Below are positions 19,729 to 30,147 of a DNA stretch of 64,000 bases, piece after piece (position 1 is the first letter of the stretch; each line of letters opens with the position of its first letter). Position numbers and translations under genes: made by a program. The stretch spans positions 17,800 through 81,799 of the IMG/VR virus record IMGVR_UViG_2837734161_000001; one strand, given 5' to 3'. The DNA is from a virus. Lineage: Duplodnaviria; Caudoviricetes. The notes below the pieces were generated by a model, which made no database searches, was not told where the DNA came from, and saw nothing but the letters and a program-made list of their open reading frames with translations.

Positions 19729-20067
19729 TGGTACAGAGGTTGTTGCTCTGGAGCCAAGATAAAGCGTCACAAAATCCTGCATATGAAGGAACAGCTCGGC
19801 ACCGTCAAACTGATCGCACCATTCCAGAAAGGAATCAAAGCTCAGCTTTGTCATATCCTTTCCTTCGGCCTGCATATTCATGATATAGGCCAACTTATCG
19901 CCAACGCTTGTATCTGCTTTCCCGTCATCTACCTTTTCCATATTGTTAAGCATCACCATCAGATCCTGATGGAATACCTGCCGGAAACGATAGGCGGTTG
20001 TACCAGTAGCCAGAAAGTGAAATACCTTATTTCCTTCCTGGGTATCCAGCTGAATCTCTTTATACAT
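19696..20067 (-). CDS. Tail assembly chaperone (gpG-like)
   Basis: Between major tail and tape measure; ends in slippery CCA AAA AAA ACA. Confidence 0.85.
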   Translation of the reverse strand: MYKEIQLDTQEGNKVFHFLATGTTAYRFRQVFHQDLMVMLNNMEKVDDGKADTSVGDKLAYIMNMQAEGKDMTKLSFDSFLEWCDQFDGAELFLHMQDFVTLYLGSRATTSVPKKTVARPTGK

Positions 20068-20070
20068 GAT

Positions 20071-20721
20071 TTACTTTGCTCCTTTCGCTGCACTCGGTGT
20101 AGTTCCGGATGTTTGCTTACCGGAATCACTGGTCTCTGCAGCCTTTCCTGTAGAGACATAGACCTCCTTGTACCAGTTCTGATACGTTTCATCACTGGTA
20201 TTGGATGTGGAACGTGCCTTGATAATATTCTTATCAAGAGCTGCATTCTTGATACTGGTCGCGTTGATGGTCAGTGTTTCTGTCTGAACCTCAATGCTGT
20301 CTTCCTTGGTCTTGGACTCTACATTCGGTCTACTTGCCGTGCAGTTATACATGACGTGGCGGATCTGATTGATGTCTCCATCAAACTCAAACAGCAATGC
20401 GAAATGCACTGGCTGCGCGTCACTGTCTTCTATTAACACGCCATTGGAATCGAGAATTTCTCCCAGAACATTCTGTCTGAAATCCTCCGGAACCATGGCA
20501 GATTCAAAGTCTCCGTTATAGCCGGAGTTGGAATTCGTGGCATAGTACTGGATTCCATCAGCCCAGAAGATCGTCTGATCTCCCTGTGCTTCCAAGGACA
20601 GATTTACTGCACCCGGCCATGGAACCGGAACGGCATAGGTAGCTGTTCCATCATCATTGATGGTTGCAATCGCATAATGAACATTCTTAAGGTTGTATTT
20701 AACCTTGTTCTTCTTACTCAT
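20071..20721 (-). CDS. Major tail protein (phi13 family)
   Basis: [39 protein letters not shown]. Confidence 0.92.
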   Translation of the reverse strand: MSKKNKVKYNLKNVHYAIATINDDGTATYAVPVPWPGAVNLSLEAQGDQTIFWADGIQYYATNSNSGYNGDFESAMVPEDFRQNVLGEILDSNGVLIEDSDAQPVHFALLFEFDGDINQIRHVMYNCTASRPNVESKTKEDSIEVQTETLTINATSIKNAALDKNIIKARSTSNTSDETYQNWYKEVYVSTGKAAETSDSGKQTSGTTPSAAKGAK

Positions 20722-21064
20722 GTGCCTTAGCACCTCCTTCATCATCTGGTGCCGATGGCACCTCAAATTCGTAAATCACTTCATACAGGTTTTCGGATTC
20801 AATCCAGGTCTCATCCTTTTCATAGAAAATCCCGGCCTGTTTCAGAAGCTTCTGCAGCTTCTTCTCAAGAGCCGGGTCTTTTTCATCCGTATAAAGTTCG
20901 ATATTCACAACATCTATATCAAAGTAGGTTTCTCCATCTGCCGCGAAGTTATCGCTCTCCGGAGTCAGATAACAGATAAACGGCGGATCAGGGCCTTCCC
21001 CTTCCGCAAAGTGATCATAGGCAAAGGGAATGCCAAGCTTCTTCAAAATCTGAATCACTTCATC
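20714..21064 (-). CDS. Tail completion/terminator protein
   Basis: [24 protein letters not shown]. Confidence 0.75.
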   Translation of the reverse strand, partial: DEVIQILKKLGIPFAYDHFAEGEGPDPPFICYLTPESDNFAADGETYFDIDVVNIELYTDEKDPALEKKLQKLLKQAGIFYEKDETWIESENLYEVIYEFEVPSAPDDEGGAKAHE

Positions 21065-21440
21065 CATCCTGTGCCTCCTTCTTGATATCCCGTTCCAGCT
21101 TCTCAGATACTTTCTGCTCCACTGGACGGATATGCGGGATTGCCCGCACTCTGCCGCCGCCTCGTTTGGCATGACCATTCTCCAGAAGATGCGTCAGCTG
21201 ATATCTTCCGGCATGGACCACGATATCCATTTCCGAAGAGGTCTCTTTCAGCTTCTTCTGTTTCCAGCTCTTGGCATACCGGCCGGTCAGCTTCGGTGAC
21301 GTTGCCTTCAGATCCTTTACTGCTTCTATTGCCGCATCCTTCACGGATTTCTTTACCTTCTCAGATAAGGATTCTTTATAATCATCCAGCGTTTCACTGA
21401 CCACCTTGGAAAGCTGATCCGGTTTGATACGAACACTCAT
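21060..21440 (-). CDS. HK97 gp10-like protein
   Basis: SPKLTGRYAKSW, LTHLLENGHAKRGGGRV. Confidence 0.85.
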   Translation of the reverse strand: MSVRIKPDQLSKVVSETLDDYKESLSEKVKKSVKDAAIEAVKDLKATSPKLTGRYAKSWKQKKLKETSSEMDIVVHAGRYQLTHLLENGHAKRGGGRVRAIPHIRPVEQKVSEKLERDIKKEAQDG

Positions 21441-21444
21441 CCAA

Positions 21445-21777
21445 TCACCTCCGCACAAGCGTTGCATGGAATTTCAGGCTTCGCTTATGGAATCCCATAT
21501 CATCCACATGGTCGATGTTATAAATGCGGTCATTCAGAATGATTCGATACCCTTTACTGGTGACTGCTGCAGTCTCAGAAGAATAGCGGACCGTGAAATC
21601 CATCTTGTCCTCTTCCAAAGTCTGACCTGCATCATTCTCTTCGTTTCCGGTCTGATCCGATGCCGTTGCCCAGCAGGTAAAGACATCCTCCCAGATGGAT
21701 TTATGATTTCCGATATCATCAATGACCGTGCTGTTCCGCTGAAATGTAATCCGAACATTCAATCCTGCAATATCCAT
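21445..21777 (-). CDS. Head closure protein
   Basis: LNVRITFQ, DDIGNH, FTVRY, YNI. Confidence 0.85.
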   Translation of the reverse strand: MDIAGLNVRITFQRNSTVIDDIGNHKSIWEDVFTCWATASDQTGNEENDAGQTLEEDKMDFTVRYSSETAAVTSKGYRIILNDRIYNIDHVDDMGFHKRSLKFHATLVRR

Positions 21778-22043
21778 CAGAACTTTGCCTCCCTTACTCC
21801 AAACAAAAGAGAACGCAGGGTAAGCATCAGATCCGTATGATCCGCTTCTTCCCTGTGTTCATAGAGGTAAGCCACTGCGTACATTTCAGCGGTCTTCACC
21901 ACGGAATTCGTATCGTCAATCTTATCCTTCCGGCTGACATCCCGGACGAGGGAAACCGCCGTTTTCATCAGACTGTTGATCAGATCATCTTCATCCGATG
22001 TGTCTACCCGAAGATACTGTTTCACCTCATCCAGTTTCAGCAT
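21777..22043 (-). CDS. Head-tail connector (gp6-like)
   Basis: LDEVKQYLRVD..EDDLI, YLYEHRE. Confidence 0.9.
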   Translation of the reverse strand: MLKLDEVKQYLRVDTSDEDDLINSLMKTAVSLVRDVSRKDKIDDTNSVVKTAEMYAVAYLYEHREEADHTDLMLTLRSLLFGVREAKF

Positions 22044-22054
22044 CAGGACTCACC

Positions 22055-23257
22055 TCACTTTGCGTTGGCAGTGCCGCCAGCCTTCAGGATCTGGACAGCT
22101 TCCGGCAGAACCAGAACGCCATCTACTCTCTCCTTGGCAACATAGCCAATCATGCCGTTACCTGCGAAGAGCTCACGAAGCTGCTGGAAAGAACGGGTGC
22201 CACGATCACCGATGTTGTAGTAGGAGAAATCACCGAAGGCCATCACCGGCTTGCCTGCTTCCAGAGTCGGTGCATAGGCAGAAGTTCTGACAGTATATCC
22301 ACAAAGTCTGTCCGGCTCACCAGCCTGATAGGATGGCTGCCACAGGTAGGCTCCGTTGTTATCCTTCAGCTTTCTCAGCTCTGCCAGTGTCTGATCATTC
22401 ATGATGAAGCTTGCCTTCTTACGATACGGTCTCTTCAATGCATAGATCAGATCAAGAACATCATCACTGGTAAGCTTGGTTCCAGTCAGCGTCTTTCCAA
22501 TCTGGCCGCCCTTTGTTGCATCAAAGAGTCCGGTCGGCTTACCCTTGCCATCACCATTGAGAAACGCATCCTCTTCGGCATTGGCCAGTGCCTTACCGAA
22601 CTGGGTAGTGATGTAGTTCTCCAGACCGAAGGCATTATCGTAAAGCAGCTCCTCTGTGATCTTGATTGCCACATGAAGCTTGTGAGCATCCAGAATGATC
22701 TGACCGAAGGTTGCATCAGAGAACTGAAGCGCTCCTCCCTCTTCAATCCATGCAGCCGCAGGCTTTGTTGCCGCGATATTGATCTTGTGTTCGCCAGAGG
22801 TCTTGATCGTGGTTCCAAGGGAACGCATGATATTCTCTTCTGTCAGAACATCAATCAGTCTTCTGTCCCATTCAGCCGGAACGAGATAACCGCCATCGGT
22901 ATCAACGCCATCCTGCAGAACATCGGATACCTGTCTGAATCCGGATCTCATAGCAGCCAGTGCAGCCTTACGGTATGCATCGGATGCTCTTCCGGTCTTC
23001 TGCTCCTCCGGATCCCCGATACCAGGTCTTGCCGTAATCGGTGCACTCACCGGCTTAGCCAGTTCATCATCAATTGCCTTCTGGCGGTTCAGACGATCAA
23101 TCTCCTTCGTGTAATCGGTGATGTCTGCCTCCATACGGTCATAGGCTTCGCTGTCCTCTTCAGACAGAAGTCCGTTTTCATTTCTGTGGGAATCCAGAAA
23201 CTTCTTAGCTGCATCCCACGCCTGTGCTCTCTTTGTAATCAACTCCTGAATCGTCAT
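22055..23257 (-). CDS. Major capsid protein (HK97 fold)
   Basis: DGGYLVP, AAWIEEG, FLNGDG.GKPTG, GDFSYY; likely start MTIQEL. Confidence 0.95.
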   Translation of the reverse strand: MTIQELITKRAQAWDAAKKFLDSHRNENGLLSEEDSEAYDRMEADITDYTKEIDRLNRQKAIDDELAKPVSAPITARPGIGDPEEQKTGRASDAYRKAALAAMRSGFRQVSDVLQDGVDTDGGYLVPAEWDRRLIDVLTEENIMRSLGTTIKTSGEHKINIAATKPAAAWIEEGGALQFSDATFGQIILDAHKLHVAIKITEELLYDNAFGLENYITTQFGKALANAEEDAFLNGDGKGKPTGLFDATKGGQIGKTLTGTKLTSDDVLDLIYALKRPYRKKASFIMNDQTLAELRKLKDNNGAYLWQPSYQAGEPDRLCGYTVRTSAYAPTLEAGKPVMAFGDFSYYNIGDRGTRSFQQLRELFAGNGMIGYVAKERVDGVLVLPEAVQILKAGGTANAK

Positions 23258-23275
23258 TTTCTTATCCTCCTTCAA

Positions 23276-24106
23276 TTACATGAGTTTTTTAATGAGGTCG
23301 AGACGCGCCATGCAGTCATCAACCTTATAGCCCTTCGGAGCTGTTGGCTCTTCTGGCTTTTTATCTTTCATCCGGTAGTGATTCACTACCTTGTTGGTAA
23401 CGGCCTGTTCGGCCAGACGCTCGCTCCACAGCATTGGCATTCGTTCGTCCTTTGCGGGATCAGCGCCCGTGCCGCCCTCTGTGGCGGCCTGTTGGCCTTT
23501 CTGCGCCGGTTCCGGCTGGTTGCCGTAAAGCTGGTCGCGCTCGATAATCGAATCTACAAAGTGCAGATTCAGAGCCATCCTTGCATCCATCCAGGTCTCA
23601 TTCTCCATAAGGCTTGCCAGCTTATTTCTGGAAAGACCTGTCTTAATGGCATAAGCATTGATGATGGAATCTTTCACGGAATCCAGCATCTCGATAGCCT
23701 TCTGCATATCGTTATGGTCACCGGATGCGATGGTTGCCGGGTTATGAATCATGATCATCGACACCGGACTTGCCTCCACGACATCACCAGCCATCGCAAT
23801 GACGGATGCAGCAGAAGCTGCGAGGCCATCAATCTTGACCGTAACCTTTCCCTTGTAGTCCCGGAGCATGTTGTAAATGCTCGCTGCCGCAAAGCAGTCA
23901 CCACCCGGACTATTGATCCAGAGGGTAATGTCGCCAGATCCACTATTCAGCTCGTCTTTAAAAAGAGCCGGTGTGACATCATCGTCAAACCAGCTCTCAC
24001 TTGCAATCGTTCCATCCAAGAACAATGTGCGCTCTGTATTCTCACCTGCATCCGGATTATCCGGATCAGGCGCTTTATTCTTCACCCATCTCCAAAATTT
24101 ATCCAC
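23276..24106 (-). CDS. ClpP-type prohead protease
   Basis: INSPGGD, GLAASAAS, MIHNP, ETWM. Confidence 0.93.
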   Translation of the reverse strand: MDKFWRWVKNKAPDPDNPDAGENTERTLFLDGTIASESWFDDDVTPALFKDELNSGSGDITLWINSPGGDCFAAASIYNMLRDYKGKVTVKIDGLAASAASVIAMAGDVVEASPVSMIMIHNPATIASGDHNDMQKAIEMLDSVKDSIINAYAIKTGLSRNKLASLMENETWMDARMALNLHFVDSIIERDQLYGNQPEPAQKGQQAATEGGTGADPAKDERMPMLWSERLAEQAVTNKVVNHYRMKDKKPEEPTAPKGYKVDDCMARLDLIKKLM

Positions 24107-25412
24107 GAGAATTTTTCCCCTTTCCAGCCTGATTGGCTTTCTTATTACTTATCTGTTTCTCAGATTCATCTCCGGTAGCAGTCTGATGGTAAGCGGCTCC
24201 TACTTCAGAAAGTTTCTGCATGGTTCCGTTTACCATATGGACGTTGCCACCTTCTTCATCAGACAGAAGATCCATATTCTCAAGCTCCCGGACATCGTTC
24301 ACCGACATGAATCCGTTATTGATGCCAGTTGCATATCCCTGCATCCGGCTTTCGTAATTTCCTCTCAGCAAACCATCCGCATTCATCTTAAAGAAATATT
24401 TCTTCTTTTCTTCTGGTGAAAGCAATGCTTTATTCAGTCCTGTTTCAATCCGGATCATCCATGGCTGCAGGGTATACATAACGAATTCCAGGCCCTGTTC
24501 CTCAATGTTGGAAAAGGTCGCATGCTCCAGATCTCCAATCATATGCGGCGGGATTCTGAAAATACGGGCTATCTCGTCAACCTGAAACTTTCTGGTCTCA
24601 AGGAACTGACTGTCCTGCGGATTGATGGAAATCGGCTCATACTTCATTCCTTCTTCCAGAACAGCTACCTTGCCAGCGTTACGGCTTCCACCGAAGGTAT
24701 TATTCCAGCTCTCCCTTAGCTTCTCAGGATCCTTGACCGTTCCCGGATGTTCCAAAACACCAGAAGGCGCTGCACCATTGGAGAAGAACTTGCTTGCATA
24801 CTCATCACAGGCAAGGCTGGTTCCCAGTGCGTTCTTAGCCATGGCAATCGGACTGTAGCCGATCAAGCCATCAAATCCCAGCCCTGGTATATGCAGCACA
24901 TCGTACGGAGTCAGATTGATCGTTTCGTTCTTCATCGTTCCGGCTTCATCACTCTGATGCGTGTACTGGTAATAAAGTCTGCCTTTTTCATCCCGATCCA
25001 CAACCATCCGGTTAGGCATCAAAGGATACAGGCCCAGCACTTCCCCTCTTCCATTTCGTAAAATCTGGCAGAAGAAGTTTCCCCACAGGAGCAAATGCGT
25101 CATGGCTGTCTCCCGGAAGATAAAACTTGTCATCTCCGGATTCGGCTCATCATGAAGGAGAAAGTACAGCGGATGATCCACAGCTTTCTCTTTTCCACCC
25201 GTATCTTTATACCGGTACAGATGAAGCGGCAGACCGGCGATGGCTTCTGAGAGAACACGAACACAGGCATAAACCGCTGTGATCTGCATGGCAGAATGCT
25301 CGTTCACGACTTTCCCGGAGCTGGAGAATCCCATATAAAACTGATAGGAATCACCGGCCAGACTGTTCTTCGGTGATGCTCTTTTATGCTTGATATTAAA
25401 TGGTCCCTTCAT
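24099..25412 (-). CDS. Portal protein (HK97 family)
   Basis: AVYACVRVLSE, PNPEMT, GLIGYSPI, IARIFRIPP. Confidence 0.95.
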   Translation of the reverse strand: MKGPFNIKHKRASPKNSLAGDSYQFYMGFSSSGKVVNEHSAMQITAVYACVRVLSEAIAGLPLHLYRYKDTGGKEKAVDHPLYFLLHDEPNPEMTSFIFRETAMTHLLLWGNFFCQILRNGRGEVLGLYPLMPNRMVVDRDEKGRLYYQYTHQSDEAGTMKNETINLTPYDVLHIPGLGFDGLIGYSPIAMAKNALGTSLACDEYASKFFSNGAAPSGVLEHPGTVKDPEKLRESWNNTFGGSRNAGKVAVLEEGMKYEPISINPQDSQFLETRKFQVDEIARIFRIPPHMIGDLEHATFSNIEEQGLEFVMYTLQPWMIRIETGLNKALLSPEEKKKYFFKMNADGLLRGNYESRMQGYATGINNGFMSVNDVRELENMDLLSDEEGGNVHMVNGTMQKLSEVGAAYHQTATGDESEKQISNKKANQAGKGKNSRG

Positions 25413-25440
25413 TTATCTCTCCTGTGTGCTGACAGCACAC

Positions 25441-27057
25441 TCATATAAAAAGCAGGCCTCGGCTGTCATAAACGCTTTCGGTCTGCTCGTGTCGGATGCA
25501 GCGGTCCAGTGCCATAATGGCTGCAACCACTCCATCAATCTTGTCTTTCGATTTTGCTTTGGTTGGCTTAATATTGCCAGCCGGATCCTTTTCGATCACG
25601 ACATTCCCACACATCCATTTCATGATTGGATTGCTGCCATGGATCATATTGCCTTTCATTAACTGCTCATAGAATTCCCGGCTTGGCGGAGACATATCTT
25701 TATATCCCTGCCCGAATGGAACCACAGTAAGTCCAAGTTCTGTCAGACGTTCCACCAGCATATTGGAACCCCATCTATCGAATGCGATCTCCAGAATGTG
25801 GTACTTATGGCTTAGTTCTTCTATCGTATTCTGAATGTACTGATAGTCGATGACGTTTCCCGGTGTGGCTTTCATGTATCCCTGTGCCACCCAGTTATCA
25901 TACGGAATGCCGGACCGCTGAACCCGGAGAGGAATCGTATCCTCCGGCACCCAGAAGAACGGCAGCATGATATATTTTTCATCCTCTGTTCTTGGTGGAA
26001 ACATCAGAACAAAGGCTGTGATATCGCCGGAACTGGAAAGATCGAGACCGCCATAGCACTCACGTCCTTCCAAGGCCCTCATATCAATCGGCTGGTTTCC
26101 CATATCGTAAATGTGATCGGGAATCCACTGAACCGTGCTGCCACACCAGATACAAAGCCGCAGAGTTTTAAAGATGGATTCTTCTGCCGGATTGCCCTTG
26201 GCTTCGAGATACGCTTCCCGCATTCTTTCCATTGGAACCGTATATCCAAGCGAAGGATTCACCTTTTTCCAGTTCTCTTCATCCTCCCAATCTGCATCAA
26301 TCGGCAGGCTATAAACTACCGGATAGAAACTTTGATCCTTTACCTTTCCTGCAATCAGATCTAAGGCTCTGGTATGCAGTTCAAAGCAGATACTGTTCCG
26401 GTCTGTTCCGGCTGTGGTAATCGCCAGGTGCAAAGGCTGACGTCTTGCATCACCAGACCCTTTTGTCAGGACGTCCCAGAGCTTCCGATTCGGCTGGGTA
26501 TGGAGCTCATCAAAGACGAGTCCACTAATGGAGTAGCCATGCTTCCCACCAACATCGGCAGAGACAACCTGGTAATACCCGGCATTGGAATAATTCACCA
26601 CTCGCTTTGTGGCCGTCATAATCTTGGACCGGCGGTTCAGGGCCGGTGTCATTTCCACCATCCGCTTGGCAACATCAAATACGATGGAAGCCTGCTGACG
26701 GTCAGATGCAGCAGAGAACACTTCTGCACTTGGCTCGTTATCCGCATACAGAAGGTAAAGTGCAATCGCCGCAGCGAGCTCTGACTTTCCCTGTTTCTTT
26801 GGAATCTCGATATAGGCTGTCCGGAATTGCCGGTAGCCATCTTCCTTTACAATACCAAAGATATCCCGAACGATCTGCTCCTGCCATGGAAGTAACCAGA
26901 ATGGTTTTCCTTCCCATTCACCTTTTGTATGTGGGAGCATCTCGATAAACTTTACGGCCCGGTCTGCTTTCTTCTGATCGTAGTGAGAAGTCGGTAGCAT
27001 GAATTTGCATGGCTTATAGTTTTCAAGCTTTGGATAATCTGCTGGTCGCTTCATCAT
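25441..27057 (-). CDS. terL: Terminase large subunit
   Basis: PKKQGKS Walker A, FDELH, GGLDLS, KIDGVVA. Confidence 0.95.
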   Translation of the reverse strand: MMKRPADYPKLENYKPCKFMLPTSHYDQKKADRAVKFIEMLPHTKGEWEGKPFWLLPWQEQIVRDIFGIVKEDGYRQFRTAYIEIPKKQGKSELAAAIALYLLYADNEPSAEVFSAASDRQQASIVFDVAKRMVEMTPALNRRSKIMTATKRVVNYSNAGYYQVVSADVGGKHGYSISGLVFDELHTQPNRKLWDVLTKGSGDARRQPLHLAITTAGTDRNSICFELHTRALDLIAGKVKDQSFYPVVYSLPIDADWEDEENWKKVNPSLGYTVPMERMREAYLEAKGNPAEESIFKTLRLCIWCGSTVQWIPDHIYDMGNQPIDMRALEGRECYGGLDLSSSGDITAFVLMFPPRTEDEKYIMLPFFWVPEDTIPLRVQRSGIPYDNWVAQGYMKATPGNVIDYQYIQNTIEELSHKYHILEIAFDRWGSNMLVERLTELGLTVVPFGQGYKDMSPPSREFYEQLMKGNMIHGSNPIMKWMCGNVVIEKDPAGNIKPTKAKSKDKIDGVVAAIMALDRCIRHEQTESVYDSRGLLFI

Positions 27058-27527
27058 TCGTCACCTCCCAGCAGCTCATCCATCTCATCCTTCGTGCCTT
27101 TGCTTGCATCATCCGCAATGATCCGGGAACGGGAAGCAGGCGTTAAACCGAACTGCTCGGCAAAGCGTTCCATCTGCTTCATATATTGCTGCGCGATAGA
27201 AACCTGCGGCACCTGCATCCAATAGCCGGATGGTGTCCGGACTAAGGAACCATGCTCGGTGATAAACTCCTCATTCTCCTTCCATCTGGCATAAGCCTGA
27301 CAATATCCGGCAAAGGCCGCCATATCAACTTCGGTAAGAATTCCCATCTGCTCCATCTTGGAAGCGAGCCTGTGCCATTCTTTCTTCGCTTCTTTTTCCA
27401 GCCACTTCGGACAGGATGGTGCTTTCTTAGCTGGCTTTGGCTCTCTTTCATTTAACGCACGCTTTCCCGGATTTCCTTCCAGCTCTTTTAAAGCTGTCGG
27501 CTTTGGTTTTCTTCCTCTTGTTGCCAT
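27054..27527 (-). CDS. terS: Terminase small subunit (P27 family)
   Basis: GRKPKPTALKELEGNPGKR, FGLTPASR. Confidence 0.93.
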   Translation of the reverse strand: MATRGRKPKPTALKELEGNPGKRALNEREPKPAKKAPSCPKWLEKEAKKEWHRLASKMEQMGILTEVDMAAFAGYCQAYARWKENEEFITEHGSLVRTPSGYWMQVPQVSIAQQYMKQMERFAEQFGLTPASRSRIIADDASKGTKDEMDELLGGDE

Positions 27528-27658
27528 AAGATCGCACCTCCTTTCCTGATTTTTTACAAAATAAAAAGACCTTTAAACGGGTCCCTGCGATGTTTCCTGT
27601 GACGAGAGACACTGCCTATCGGCAGCATGTTCTGTCCCTCTCAATTTTTCACATTACT

Positions 27659-27699
27659 ATAATAGCTGGTTTATCCAGGTAATGTGTCCAGCGTTTTAC
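27659..27699 (-). promoter_or_regulatory. Class C (putative late) promoter upstream of terS
   Basis: 28/38 ungapped identity to 34446-34483. Confidence 0.65.
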
Positions 27700-27700
27700 C

Positions 27701-27928
27701 TCACCCGAATTTCTTCAGCAGGGCCGCGTAAGCAAGCTGGCTTACTTCATCCTCTGGCTCAATGTCCCAGCCTCTGTCGTAGTTCAGTGTCCACTCGCCG
27801 TTGATCTTCAGCGTCATCTTGATGATCCGGCTTCCTTCGATTCCGTAGGCCTCGCTCTTTTCATCCAGCGCCTTCACCCAATATTTCACTGTCGTTCCTT
27901 CAATGAGTAATGTTCCTTCGTTCCACAT
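27701..27928 (-). CDS. Small conserved hypothetical protein
   Basis: GGAG RBS; MWNEG..YGIEGSRIIK..NYDRGWD. Confidence 0.75.
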   Translation of the reverse strand: MWNEGTLLIEGTTVKYWVKALDEKSEAYGIEGSRIIKMTLKINGEWTLNYDRGWDIEPEDEVSQLAYAALLKKFG

Positions 27929-27962
27929 GGTATGTTCTCCTTTGCTATGTTTTCCTTTGGCA

Positions 27963-27998
27963 TGTACATATATCACTCTACCGGCCTTTGATAGCAAG
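27963..27998 (-). promoter_or_regulatory. Class A promoter repeat
   Basis: CTTGCTAT-N11-AGAGTGATATATGTAC. Confidence 0.8.
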
Positions 27999-28025
27999 TT
28001 GATTCTCATCTATTTTTTGCTTTAT

Positions 28026-28355
28026 TTAGGCTCTTTTGATTTCTGCAAACCAGTCGGTTGTCGGATGCTGTTCGCCGGTTGATTTCTCGATAACCATCCA
28101 GTCTTCATCGATGCTGCAGAGGTGCTTTCCGACCTTGATGAAGCGGATGTCTTCGTAGCCAGGCTTGTTGCAGCGGATGACCTTGGCGTTTCTAGCCTCG
28201 CCATCGTAGCTCTTGCCATCCCAGCCGTTGAAGGTAAACCGTACCGTTTCCTTGGTCTTGGTGAAGAAGCACTCGTAATCTGCTTTGCTTAATGCAGTGT
28301 TGTAATCCTCAAATGTGAATGTGTTTCTAAGTTCTGTTGCCTTTGTCATGTTCAT
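28026..28355 (-). CDS. Small hypothetical protein
   Basis: AGGAGG RBS; FNGWDGKSYDGE. Confidence 0.75.
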   Translation of the reverse strand: MNMTKATELRNTFTFEDYNTALSKADYECFFTKTKETVRFTFNGWDGKSYDGEARNAKVIRCNKPGYEDIRFIKVGKHLCSIDEDWMVIEKSTGEQHPTTDWFAEIKRA

Positions 28356-28395
28356 GTCCTCCTGAAGCCTTCGCTTCGTTCCTTTTCCTTTGGCA

Positions 28396-28431
28396 TGTAC
28401 ATATATCACTCTGAAGGCAGATGATAGCAAG
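28396..28431 (-). promoter_or_regulatory. Class A promoter repeat
   Basis: CTTGCTAT-N11-AGAGTGATATATGTAC. Confidence 0.8.
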
Positions 28432-28481
28432 TTAATAACGCATGTTTTTTGCTTTATTTAAGCCTTTTTCTCACATTCTGA

Positions 28482-28961
28482 TCAGTTGATTTCAAAGGCG
28501 ATTCCATCCTTCTTTTCCGGCTCTCTGGATCCAAAGCGACGGTCGTTTTCTCTTGTGATTGTGTAGAGGCCGGTCATCTTGCAGCCAAGATTGGTCAGCC
28601 CGTAAATGCCATCCATTAATGCAGTGCTCTGATCGGTAACTACAATCTTCTGAACCTTAGCAGCTCTCAGTGTCTTTACAAAATCTGCCATCTGATCATC
28701 CCATGGAAGATCATCTACTTCGTATTCATCGGAACCGTTCTGGAGAGAGCGATCATATTGCACCAAGGCAGCATTCTCACCTGGTGTAAAAGGATATGGG
28801 AATTCCTTCTTCTCCCTCTCATCAAAGGCCCGGACGCCATCCCAATCGTCTGCTTTGATCATCGCATCCCGTTCTTCTTTCCTCTTTGCAGCCGCCTCGT
28901 TGTAGGCAATCGCTGTCTTTCTCATTTCTTCAAAGTATGTATTCTTTTCCATGGTCTGCAT
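28482..28961 (-). CDS. Conserved hypothetical phage protein
   Basis: MQTMEKNTYFEEM..VVTDQSTALMD. Confidence 0.75.
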   Translation of the reverse strand: MQTMEKNTYFEEMRKTAIAYNEAAAKRKEERDAMIKADDWDGVRAFDEREKKEFPYPFTPGENAALVQYDRSLQNGSDEYEVDDLPWDDQMADFVKTLRAAKVQKIVVTDQSTALMDGIYGLTNLGCKMTGLYTITRENDRRFGSREPEKKDGIAFEIN

Positions 28962-28963
28962 CT

Positions 28964-29284
28964 TCACTTTCTTGTAATCTCTGTCCAGCCATTTCTCATC
29001 AGGTAATCCGCGATAATTCCAAGTGTTGATCCAACAATGCCCTCCTTCATGAAGTCCAGAAGCTCGGTGCATTCTGGTAGAAAGGTGTAAGCAATGTCGC
29101 AGCCTTTTAAGAATTCCATCTGGAAGATTCCGTTCTCATCGTTGTAGATCCGGATGCATTTTCCGAAGCTTCCGCCTTCATAGATTCTTCCAAGGATCAG
29201 CTCCTTGACGTTCCATGTCCAGCTCTCGCCTTCTCTTCTGATTGCGTGAATCTCGATGCCTTTTGTTGTCTTGAATGTTTTCAT
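28964..29284 (-). CDS. Small hypothetical protein
   Basis: AGGAG RBS before MKTFKTTKG. Confidence 0.7.
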   Translation of the reverse strand: MKTFKTTKGIEIHAIRREGESWTWNVKELILGRIYEGGSFGKCIRIYNDENGIFQMEFLKGCDIAYTFLPECTELLDFMKEGIVGSTLGIIADYLMRNGWTEITRK

Positions 29285-29331
29285 GTCCGTTTTCTCCTGA
29301 GGTCCTTGCCTCTTTGCCTTTCCTTTTGGCA

Positions 29332-29367
29332 TGTATATACATCACTCTGTGTGAGCATGATAGCAAG
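29332..29367 (-). promoter_or_regulatory. Class A promoter repeat
   Basis: CTTGCTAT-N11-AGAGTGATGTATATAC. Confidence 0.8.
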
Positions 29368-29741
29368 TCAATTCTTCGCATATTTATGCACTTTTTTGAT
29401 GTTTTAGTGCATCTTTTCTTCCGGTTACACTAAAGGCCTCAGCAAAAAAAGTGGCACTCGATTTTCCCGCATGGATAAAGGTGGAACGAGAGCACCTGGT
29501 AATTTCAAGGATTGGATTCCTTTTCTTTTGCGTTAGGATAATTCCCGGTAATCAGGAGGCCATCATGGAAGATAATCAGCAGAGCAACAAGAATGCATCA
29601 AATCAGACATTCAGCTGGGAGAACAAGGAAAGCAGCGAAAGCCGCACAGAACCTCTCAGCTTTGATGAACTCCGGGAGGTTATGGCGGAAATCCGCTACT
29701 AAGGCAGTAGCCTTACCTTCAGCGCCAGATCGGCGCTTTTT

Positions 29742-29915
29742 TCATTCTCCGGTAAAGATGAAATGGATGTAGTCCTTTCGGTGTTCTTCAATGAACATCA
29801 CAAGATCGAAGTATTCCAATTCGTAGGCGATTCTCTGAACCGTAGGAACATCCAGCATGTTCGTTCTTCCCGTATCCCGGATGGCTAAGATCTCCTGTTT
29901 AATTTCTTCCGTCAT
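29742..29915 (-). CDS. DUF5049-like small protein (not in ORF track)
   Basis: MTEEIKQEILAIRDTGRTNMLDVPTVQRIA...YIHFIFTGE. Confidence 0.75.
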   Translation of the reverse strand: MTEEIKQEILAIRDTGRTNMLDVPTVQRIAYELEYFDLVMFIEEHRKDYIHFIFTGE

Positions 29916-30147
29916 GGTCAGCCTCCAATCTTTCGATCACGTCTCCGCCATCCAGCACTGCGCTAAGTCCTGAACCGTTATCCCATCGGATCATTACCGA
30001 TCCCATGTCATCGACTCCAATGACCGTACCCTCGGTTCCAACAGGAGGCGCCTGAACATCATCCATCTGGATCAGCCGTACCCGGCAGCCTGCCGGATAA
30101 GAAGCTCGAATCCGTTCCACCTGTGCTTTACTCGGCATCCGCATCAT
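29899..30147 (-). CDS. DUF4314-like protein
   Basis: YPAGCRVRLIQMDD..PPVGTEGTV.GVDD.G..WDNGSGL. Confidence 0.8.
   Translation of the reverse strand: MMRMPSKAQVERIRASYPAGCRVRLIQMDDVQAPPVGTEGTVIGVDDMGSVMIRWDNGSGLSAVLDGGDVIERLEADHDGRN

Noticed and set aside
21998-24178. 726-aa plus-strand ORF
   Set aside because: Antisense shadow of capsid and protease genes; no RBS or recognisable motifs
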